This document shows, one piece after another, positions 55,041 through 64,000 of a stretch of DNA of 64,000 nucleotides. The position numbers and the translations under genes are program-made. Numbering within the stretch: position 1 is the first letter of the stretch; each line of letters opens with the position of its first letter. Source of the stretch: an uncultured Spirochaetota bacterium (GTDB taxonomy: Bacteria; Spirochaetota; Spirochaetia; SZUA-6; Fen-1364); contig CAVUXE010000052.1 in NCBI GenBank assembly GCA_963745235.1, forward strand, positions 128,001 to 192,000. The letters run 5' to 3'. The notes beneath the pieces are model-generated. The model was not told the DNA's origin and did no database searches. It saw only the letters and a program-made list of their open reading frames with translations.

Positions 55041-58000
55041 GATGAAGCCTTGCGCAGGGAAACCGTGCACTTCTCTTCACCGCAGTCTATCTCCACAGCG
55101 TCCGTCGCCGTGTCCCATTTCCAGGAAACCGCGAGCGTTTCGGAGAGCAGGTGGTCGCGGTGATTCTCCGCCGCGCTGCGCAGCACGTTCGACCCCGAGA
55201 GCGTGAGTGAAATGCGGTCCGTGACGTCCAGGCCTTTGTCCTTTCTGCAGGTTCTGGATCCCCCGCACGAGGTCCCGGACCAGTCCCTCCTCGATCAGCT
55301 CCGGGGTGAGCTCGGGGTCCAGGGCGACCGTCAGGGAGCCGTCGTTTATCACCTTGAGGTTTTCCTTCTCGATGCGCTGGATCTCCACGGCTTCGGGGGT
55401 CAGGGGGAAGCTGCGGCCGTCCAGCTCGAGGGTGATCTCTCGGCCTGCCAGCAGCGCGTGGATCTGGCGGAGCTCGAGAGCCTCGATCTTTTCCGCGGCG
55501 GCCTTCATGTCCTTGCCCAGCTGCTTGCCCAGGGCCCGGAAATTGGCCTTTGCCTGGTACTCCACCAGCTCGTCCTCGTTCTCGCGGAAGATCACGCTCT
55601 TCACGTTGAGCTCGTCCTTGATGAGGTCCTCCATTTCCTGCAGGATCCGCCTCTCCTCGGCGTCCCGCGTGACCACATGGAGCGCCTTGAGGGGCTGGCG
55701 GGTCTTCAGGGCGTAGTCGGTGCGCAGGCTCCTCCCCATGCCGACGGTCTTCATCGTCACCTTCATCTTGCGCTCGAGCTCGGGGTCCCGGCGGGACGGG
55801 TCGTAGACGGGGAAGTCGCAGAGGTGGATGGACTCCGGCTGGGACGCGGTCTTCAGGTTGGCGTAGATCTCCTCCGTGATGAAAGGGATGAACGGGCTGC
55901 CACAAGGATGAGCTTCATGAGGGCGGTGTGCAGGCTCTGGTAGGCCTCCTGCTTGTCGGCGTCGTTCCCCGAGCGCCAGAAGCGCCGGCGCGAGCGCCGG
56001 ATGTACCAGTTGTTGAGCAGGTCGATGAAGCCGACGAAGACATCCACCGCCTTCTGCAGGTCGTAGTGCTCCAGCTGCTCGGTGATTTCACCGACCATTC
56101 TCTCCGCCTCGGAGAGGATCCAGCGGTCCAGCGGATTGGCGAGGTCGCCGCGGGGCAGCCGTCGACGGTGACGCTGTCGATGTTCGCGTAGGTGACGAAG
56201 AAGCTGTACGAGTTCCACAGGGGGATGATGACGTTCTTCACCACCTCCTTCACCCCGGCGTCGGAGAAGCGCAGGTCCTCCGCCTTCAGCACCGCGGAGT
56301 CCAGCAGGAACAGCCGCATTGCGTCCGCGCCGTAGGTGCCGATGACCTCCATGGGGTCCGTGTAGTTGCGCGCGGACTTGGACATCTTCTTGCCTTCCGA
56401 GTCGAGGATCAGGCCGCTCACGATGACGTTGCGGAACGTCGGCTTGTTGAACAGGGCCGCGCCCAGCACCACGAGGGTGTAGAACCAGCCCCGGGTCTGG
56501 TCGATGGACTCGGAGATGAAGTCCGCGGGGAAGTGCGCCTCGAAGCGCTCCCGGTTCTCGAAGGGATAATGGTTCTGGCCGTAGGGCATGGCGCCGGACT
56601 CGAACCAGCAGTCGAGCACTTCGGGGATGCGCCGCATGGTGCCGCCGCACGAGCAGGGATAGGTGAGCTCGTCGATGAAGTGCTTGTGCAGGTCTTCGAC
56701 CTTCCTGCCCGTCTTCTGCTCCAAGCTCCGCCCGGGAGCCGATGCATTCCATTCGCCTTGCAGGAGTCGCAGCGCCAGACGGGGATGGGGTTGCCCCAGT
56801 AGCGGTTGCGCGAGATGGCCCAGTCCCGGGCGTTCTCCAGCCACTTGCCGAACCGCCCTGCCTTGAGGTGGGCGGGCATCCAGGAGATGGCGTCGTTCGC
56901 CGCGAGCATGTCCGTCTTGATCTTCTCCACGCTCACGAACCACGCCGAGATGGCGCGGTAGATCAGCGGGCTCTTGCAGCGCCAGCAGTGGGGATAGCTG
57001 TGCGTGTACGGAGTCGTGCCGGACCAGCGGTTGCCCTGCTCCTTCAGCTTCCGGATGATGGACTTGTCCGCGTCCTTCACGAACTGCCCTGCCCAGTCGG
57101 GGACCTCGGCGGTGAACTTCGCCTCCTCGTCCACCGGGGCAGACGACGGGAATGCCGGAGCCCTTCAGGAGGTTGTAGTCGTCCTCGCCGAAGCCCGGCG
57201 CGATGTGGACGATGCCGGTGCCGTCTTCGGTGGTGACGAAATCTCCGATCCAGGTGCGGAAGGCGCCCTTCTCCTTCAGTGTCGGCGAAGAACGGGAACA
57301 GCGGCACGTATGACCTGCCCGGCCAGCTCCTTGCCGGTGTAGCGGGCGACGACCTGGTACTGCGGCCGGGTCCTTGTAGTAGGCGGGAAGCCTCGTCCTC
57401 CGCCAGGATGTAGTGCTCCGCGCCGTCCTTGACCTTGACGTAAGTGATGTCCGCGCCCAGGGCGAGGCCGAGGTTGGACGGCAGGGTCCACGGCGTGGTG
57501 GTCCACGCGAGGAAGAACGTGTGCCGGCTCTCCCTCCACGGCGAACTTCACCGTGATGGCGGGGTCCGAGACGTCGATGTAGCCGCCGAGGTTCAGCTCG
57601 AAGTTGGAAAGCGACGTGGAGCAGCGGGGGCAGTACGGGAAGGATGTAGAAGCCCTCGTAGATCAGGCCCTTCTTCCACAGCTCGCTCAGGACCCACCAG
57701 ATGGACTCCATGTAGTCGGGATCCATGGTCTTGTAGTCGTGGTCGAAATCCACCCATCGGCCCAGGCGCGTGATGACCTTGCGCCATTCCCGCGTGTAGC
57801 GCAGGACGATGGACCGGCAGGCCTCGTTGAACTTCGCCACCCCGTACTCTTCGATCTGCTTCTTGCCCGAGATGCCCAGCTCCTTCTCCATCTCGTACTC
57901 GACGGGAAGGCCGTGGCAGTCCCAGCCGAACCGCCGCTCCACCTTGCGCCCCTTCATGGTCTGGTAGCGGGGAATGACGTCCTTGACCGTGCTGGGAATG

Positions 58001-58177
58001 AAGTGCCCGTAGTGAGGCAGGCCGGTGGCGAACGGGGGGCCGTCGTAGAAGACGAACTCCTCCGCTGCCCTCGCGCTGGGAGATGGATTTCTCGAAAATC
58101 TTTTTCTTCTGCCAGAAGGCGAGCACCTTCTCTTCCATCTGCGGGAAGCTCACCTTCGGGTCGACGGGCTTGTACAA
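55037..58177 (-). CDS. ileS: isoleucine-tRNA ligase, type 2 (many apparent indels)
   Basis: Fragments across frames: [73 protein letters not shown]. Confidence 0.95.
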
Positions 58178-58297
58178 AGAGACTGGTCCTCCCTGCGACT
58201 ATATACGGAAAAAAGCCGGCCCGAGTCAAGATAACAGGGCTGACGACGGCCCGTCGGCGGGGCCCCTCCCTTGCTCACGGGCGATCGCTCTGCTTAA

Positions 58298-60077
58298 ATG
58301 CACAGGCAGCATATGAAAAAATACAGAGAAGCATGGCGCGCCCGGGTCGCCGAGGCCATTGCGGCCGCGGCGGCTGATGCGGGCATCAGCGGCCTGGACA
58401 CTTCCACGCTCGTGACCGAGACACCGCCGAATCCGGACATGGGCGACATCGCATTCCCCATGTTCCCCTTCGCCCGGGCCTTCTGCAAGGGCCCCCCCGC
58501 CATTGCCCAGGAAGTCGTCAAGCGACTCTCCCCATCGGCGGGGAATGCAGACCGTGTGGAGGCGGCGGGCCCATACGTGAACGTGCGGCTCGTCCCGGGG
58601 CCGGTCATCGACGAGTCCTTCACGACATTTCCAGTCAGGGCGCCGGCGTACGGAAAAGAGCGCGCCCTTGCCGGCCATCGCATAATGCTGGAGTTCTCCT
58701 GCCCCAACACGAACAAGCCGCTGCACCTGGGGCACCTGAGGAACGACGCAATCGGTGAGAGCCTTTCCCGGATCCTTCTCGCGGCAGGGGCCACCCTGCG
58801 GAAGGTCAACCTGATCAACGACCGCGGGGTGCACATCTGCAAGTCCATGCTCGCCTACCAGATGTTCGGCGGGTCGGCCACCCCCGAACAGCGGGGATGA
58901 AAGGCGACCATTTCGTCGGGGACTACTACGTGAAGTATGCCCAGTACGCGAAGGACCACCCGGAGGCGGAAGAGCAGGTCCGGGAGATGCTGCGCAAGTG
59001 GGAGGAGGGGGATCCCGAGGTCGTGGCCCTGTGGCGGACGATGAACTGCGTGGGTGATCGGCCGGCATCGAAGAGAGCTACCGGCGGACCGGCGTGACTT
59101 TCGACAAGGTCTATTTCGAGAGCGACATCTACAAGCTGGGACGGCAGGAGGTCCTCGCCGGCATCGAAAAGGGGACTGTTCCAGAAGGACCCCGACGGCT
59201 CGGTGTGGGTGGACCTCACGGACAAGGGCATGGAACGGGAGGTGCTGCTGCGAAGCGACGGAACCTCGCTGTACATCACCCAGGACATCGGGACTGCCAT
59301 CCAGCGATCCAAGGACTGGCCGTTCGACAGGATGATCTACGTGGTCGGCTCCGAGCAGCGCCATCACTTCCAGGTGCTCTTCAGGGTCCTCAAGCGGCTG
59401 GGATACACGTGGGCATCCAGCCTCCATCACCTGGCGTACGGCATGGTGAACCTGCCCGAGGGCAAGATGAAATCCCGCGAGGGCACGGTGGTGGATGCGG
59501 ATGACCTCCTGGACGAGCTGGAAAGGCTGGCCGCGGAGGAGATCCGGACACAAGGAGCGGGAAGAGGAAGTGGCGGACCTCTCAGGCACGGCGCGGGACG
59601 ATTGCGCTGGGCGCGCTGAACTACTGGCTGCTCCAGGTGACCGCGGTGAAGGACATGACCTTCGACCCGAAGGAATCGATTTCCTTCAACGGAAACACCG
59701 GCCCGTACCTGCAGTACACCGGCGCGCGCATCTCCAGCATGCTTCGCAAGTTCGAAGAGCGAAAGGAGAGCTTCCGCGCCGGCACGTACTCCGCGGCAGC
59801 TCTTTCCCTTCCGGAGGAATGGGAGATCGCCAAGTCGCCTCGGCGCTTTTCCCGGAAATCGTCATCGCCGCCGCGCGCGAGCTCAACCCTTCCGTGCTGA
59901 CGGCGTACCTCTTCGAGACTGTGCAAGAGCTTCAGCCGCTACTACCAGGACCACCCGGTCCTGCGAAACGAGGATCCGAACCTCGTGGTGTCCCGCATCG
60001 CCCTGGTCAGGGGGGTGCTGCAGGTCCTGCGAAACGGCCTTACTCTCCTGGGGATTCCGTTTCTCTCCGTGATGTAG
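58298..60077 (+). CDS. argS: arginine-tRNA ligase (many apparent indels)
   Basis: [64 protein letters not shown]. Confidence 0.95.
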
Positions 60078-60086
60078 GCCGGCCAA

Positions 60087-60769
60087 CTAAGTGAACGCGT
60101 TCGTCAGGCTGAAGTCCCCTTCGGACGTCACGAATCCGAGCCTGATATAGGGAGGAAGGCCCTCGGAGGCCAGCCGAAAAGAGAAAGCCCGTGAAGCGGG
60201 GTCCCAGCTCTCTGGTTTCACGGCATCCATGCCCGGCAACAGGAGAGCCCCGGCGGCAGCCGTCGTGATGAAGCGGCCGCTCACCAGGAGCTGCGCGCCC
60301 TCGTGGATGACGCGCAGGTCCTCAACGAGCCTCTCGCAAAACATCAGGACCCACACCTCTCCGCCCGGCGTCGGCCACTCCCCCACCCCGGCATGCGTCC
60401 AGGATGGACCGAGTGCCATTGTTCGATGGGAAGGGCTGCCTTCCCAGCCCCGCTCGATCGAGGCAAGTCGGGGGCCCGCGCCGATGATCTCCCCGACCCG
60501 CGCGTCGGTGCCGCCGTGGCTCCGGAACCGGTCAAGGCCGGTGGACCCGTCCGCGCCCCGATGGCTGATGACGCCTGCCTGCGCGAGCGCCCGCGCCCAG
60601 TCCAGAGCCGTGCGGGAAAGAAGGCGTCTTCCTGGACTGGCGGAGCCCCCGCGGCATGCCGCACGGCATTCAGCCAGGCCAGCGCGCTCGTCTGGGCAAA
60701 AGCTCGGGCCGCAAACCCGAAGGACAAGATGCACAGCCAGACGCAAAGGCGTGCGGGCGGCCTTTTCAT
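60087..60769 (-). CDS. exported CAP/SCP-domain protein (indel near 60625)
   Basis: Signal peptide and WLNAVR in one frame; ISHRGADGS..DR..GEII..W..SPSHR..W..AGVG in the next. Confidence 0.75.
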
Positions 60770-60831
60770 ATACCAGTGGATTCTATATAGTGAGTCGGGT
60801 TTTTCCAAGGAAAATCTCCCGGAGAGACTCA

Positions 60832-62881
60832 ATGGCAGACCTCGACGGAATACGCAACATCGGGATCATCGCGCACATCGACGCCGGGCAAAACCACCAC
60901 CACGGAGCGGATCCTCTTCTACACGGGGAAGACCCACCGCATGGGCGAAGTGGACGACGGGGAAGCCACCATGGACTGGATGGACCAGGAGCAGGAGCGG
61001 GGGATCACCATCACCGCGGCCGCCACCACCTGCTACTGGCGGGACCACCAGATCAACATCATCGACACGCCGGGACACGTGGACTTCACCGCGGAGGTGG
61101 AGCGCTCCCTGCGCGTGCTGGACGGCGCCGTGGCCATCTTCTGCGCCGTGGGGGGAGTGGAGCCGCAGTCCGAAACGGTCTGGCACCAGGCGGACCGCTA
61201 CCGCGTTCCGCGCGTCGCGTACATCAACAAGCTGGACAGGATCGGGGCGAACTTTCATGGCGTGCTGGAGGAGATGAGAGGGAAGCTGGGCACCGCTCCC
61301 CTCCCGCTGCAGCTCCCCATGGGGGCCGAAAGCGATTTCGAGGGCGCCGTGGATCTCGTCGAGATGAGGGAGGTCAGGTGGGACCAGGATGACCAGGGCA
61401 ACACGCTCCTGTTTTCTCCCATCGACTCCTCTCGCGCGGAGGAAGCCCGGAAGGGGAGGGAGAACCTCCTGGATCACCTCTCCCACATTTCCGACAACGT
61501 GACCGAGCTCTACCTTGGAGGCTCCGAGATACCGGCGAATGTCCTGAGGGCCGCGATCCGCCAGGGCGTCCTGGCTAACGCGTTCACGCCGGTGCTGTGC
61601 GGCGCCTCCCTTCGCAACATGGGCGTGCAGCCGGTCCTGGACGCCGTTGTGGACTTCCTGCCCTCCCCTCTGGACCTGCCGCCGGCCCACGGCCATCACG
61701 CGAAGAAAAACGAAGACGTGGAGGTTCCCTGCAAGCCGGAGGCCTTCGCCCTGGGCCTCGTGTTCAAGCTGCAGGTCAACCGCGAAGCAGGAAACCTGTG
61801 CTACGTTCGCCTGTATTCGGGGAAGCTCAAGGAGGGGCAGACAGTCTACAACATCAGCAAGAAGAAGCGGGAGCGGATCAACCGGCTCATGCGGATGCAC
61901 GCCAACCATTCCCAGCAGCTGGACCAGATAGAGGCCGGGGATATTGCCGCCATTATCGGGCTGAAGACGTCACAAACCGGCGACACCCTCGGGGTCGAAG
62001 CGTTCCCCATCCTGCTGGAGAAGATGCACTTCCCCGAGCCGGTGATCTCGGTGGCCATCGAGCCCAAGACCCTTTCGGAAAGGAAGAAGCTCGGGGAAGC
62101 CCTCGAAACGCTTGCCCTGGAAGACCCCACATTCTCGGCCAAGGAGAATGAAGAGACCGGCGAGCTGATCATTTCCGGGATGGGAGAGCTTCACCTGGAT
62201 GTCCTTGTGACACGGATATTCCGGGAGTTCAAGGTGGAGGCTCGCGTGGGCAAGCCGCAGGTCTCGTATCGGGAGACAATCAGCGCCGAGGTGACCCACG
62301 CGGAGAAGTACCACCGCGTGATTGCCGGCAAAGAGCACAGCGCGGCCATCACCATCAAGGTAAAACCCGCCCCTCGCGAGGAGGGCAACTCCTTCACCAA
62401 CGCCCTTCCCGACGGCGGGCTGCCTGATGAGCTGGTGAGCGCGGTGGAACGGGGCGTCACCGCCGCCTTCGGCTCCGGGGTGGTCTATGGGTACCCCGCG
62501 CTGGACATCGCCGTCACGCTCCTCGAAGCGGAATACCACCAGACCACGTCGACTCCCATCGCCTTCGAGGCGGCGGGAGCCATGGCCTTCGACGCGGCCT
62601 GCCGGAAGGCACGCCCCATCCTGCTGGAGCCGATCATGGCCGTCGACGTTCTCACGCCGTCGGAGTTCCTGGGAGAGGTGATCGGGAACCTGAACGCGCG
62701 GCAGGGCCTGATCGTGAACGTGGAGAGCAAGCCCGGCGCGGATCACGTGAAAGCGCAGGCGCCGCTTGTGTCAATGTTCGGCTACTCCACCGTGCTGCGC
62801 AGCGCCACCCAGGGCCGCGCCACCTTCACCATGGAGTTCTCTCACTTCGCGGAGAAGGTGGGAGGGTTCGGCGCCTCGTAG
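60832..62881 (+). CDS. fusA: elongation factor G (indel near 60890)
   Basis: [14 protein letters not shown](TT), [40 protein letters not shown]. Confidence 0.95.
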
Positions 62882-62915
62882 CAAGGGCCGCCCCCCGGCC
62901 CCCGGGCCAATTTTG

Positions 62916-62944
62916 TTGACAAAAGCCGGGTGACAGACTACAGT
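62916..62944 (+). promoter_or_regulatory. sigma70 promoter of the second EF-G gene
   Basis: TTGACA-N17-TACAGT, followed by an AAGGAG SD. Confidence 0.65.
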
Positions 62945-62975
62945 ACCAAATCCTCTCACAGTAAGGAGTCACAGA

Positions 62976-64000
62976 ATGAGTGTTCCGACGCGCTCACTGC
63001 GAAACGTCGCCTTCGCCGGTCACGGCAGCACGGGCAAGACTACCCTGGTCGAGGAGCTGCTCGTCGCCGGCGGCGTGGTCCCCAAGGCGGAGAAAGTCGA
63101 ATCCGGAAAGACGGTGAGCGACTTCACCGAGGAAGAGATCGCCAGGAAGATCTCCGTCCACATGTCCGTGACTCACGTCACCTGGAAAGACTGCAAGATC
63201 AACATTCTGGACACCCCGGGCTCCGCCGACTTCGTCGGAGAAGTCTGCGCTGCTTTCCGCGTGGCTGAAAGCGCCGCGCTCCTGGTTGGCGCCGACGTGG
63301 GTGTCCAGATAGAGACCATCAAGCTCTGGAGGCGCCTCACCGCCATGTCCCTGCCGCGGTTTGTCGTCGTGAACAAGATGGAAAAGGAGCGCGCGGACTT
63401 CTCCCGCAGCGTTGCGGACCTCGCGGACAAGTTCAAGACGCCGTTTGTTCCCGTGATCATCCCCATCGGCGCGGGCGCGGATTTCAAGGGCGTCGTTGAC
63501 CTCGTCGACCAGAAGGCATATATCGGCGGGAAGGAAGCCCCTGTTCCCGAGGCCTCGAAGAAGGAGGTCGAAAGCGCCCGCCAGAAGCTCGTTGAGAGCG
63601 CCGCGGAAGGAGATGACACGCTCATAGAGAAGTTCTTCTCTGATGGCACTCTCACCCCGGATGAGATCAGGCGGGGGCTCGCGGGAGGCATGAAGTCCGG
63701 CAAGATCGTGCCCGTGGTCTGCGCCGCCGGCCTCATCGGGGCCGGTGTCTCATGCCTGCTGGACTTCATTGCGTACGCCGCCCCCTCCGCGGAAGGGACC
63801 GCGAGGGGCAAATCTCCCGACGGCGCGGAGCTCATCCGCAGCGTGTCGGACACCGAGCCTGCGTCCTGTTTCGTCTACAAGACCGCCATGGACCAGTTCA
63901 CCGGCAAGATCTCGTACTTCAAGGTGATGTCAGGAAAGGTGTCCGCAGACGCCGACCTGGCGAACGCCCGCGAAGGCAAGAAGGAAAAAATCACGAAGGT
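62976..64000 (+). CDS. elongation factor G-like protein (EF-G II type), 3' end outside window
   Basis: Manual translation: LRNVAFAGHGSTGKTTL, SDF.EEE..RKISV, ILDTPGSADF, VNKME. Confidence 0.9.
   Translation, partial: MSVPTRSLRNVAFAGHGSTGKTTLVEELLVAGGVVPKAEKVESGKTVSDFTEEEIARKISVHMSVTHVTWKDCKINILDTPGSADFVGEVCAAFRVAESAALLVGADVGVQIETIKLWRRLTAMSLPRFVVVNKMEKERADFSRSVADLADKFKTPFVPVIIPIGAGADFKGVVDLVDQKAYIGGKEAPVPEASKKEVESARQKLVESAAEGDDTLIEKFFSDGTLTPDEIRRGLAGGMKSGKIVPVVCAAGLIGAGVSCLLDFIAYAAPSAEGTARGKSPDGAELIRSVSDTEPASCFVYKTAMDQFTGKISYFKVMSGKVSADADLANAREGKKEKITK

Noticed and set aside
58178-58297. T-box leaders for ileS or argS
   Set aside because: The divergent intergenic region is only about 120 nt and has no T-box consensus.
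55037-60900. Dense frameshifts in ileS, argS, the CAP gene and fusA, suggesting pseudogenes or programmed frameshifting
   Set aside because: They hit essential genes, are scattered 1-bp indels with no consistent slippery motif, and cluster regionally. This fits low-coverage long-read error; read polishing would settle it.
1-64000. CRISPR arrays, rRNA, prophage genes, reverse transcriptases
   Set aside because: No regularly spaced repeats or diagnostic motifs were seen on either strand.

Overview
GC-rich bacterial chromosome segment, most likely from a free-living spirochaete (class Spirochaetia). Clues are the rpsB-tsf-frr-uppS-cdsA-rseP order without pyrH, a type-2 IleRS, the rpsF-ssb-rpsR-DUF2232-rplI-dnaB block, prp between rplU and rpmA, and tandem EF-G paralogues outside the str operon. 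Many essential genes (rpsF, ssb, cydD, thiI, ileS, argS, fusA) carry 1-bp indels, which I read as long-read consensus errors rather than biology. Housekeeping blocks occupy 1-18.4 kb and 52-64 kb. tRNA-Arg(CCG) is followed by a decayed islet with an intact ISAzo13-family IS inserted into an ankyrin-repeat relic. The middle holds an MCP, degP, cutA, cydDC/cydAB, queF with a YhhQ-type transporter, and sugar enzymes. Two accessory operons stand out. (i) 33.3-38.8 kb: a tightly coupled five-gene trans-envelope phospho-signalling module (unknown protein, PPP-like metallophosphoesterase, membrane Hanks kinase, glycine-zipper membrane protein with FHA, periplasmic VWA-TM-FHA), in which both FHA domains look degenerate. 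(ii) 44.1-47.3 kb: an ArsR-DsrE-TusA-DsrM-like-DsrK-like sulfur/redox operon with no dsrABC in view, whose membrane cytochrome has an N-terminal tether with repeated flavinylation-like motifs. Next to it is a Thermococcales-type hypA plus ATPase-type hypB pair. No CRISPR array or rRNA was seen. All family calls are from motif recognition by eye; no database searches were run.
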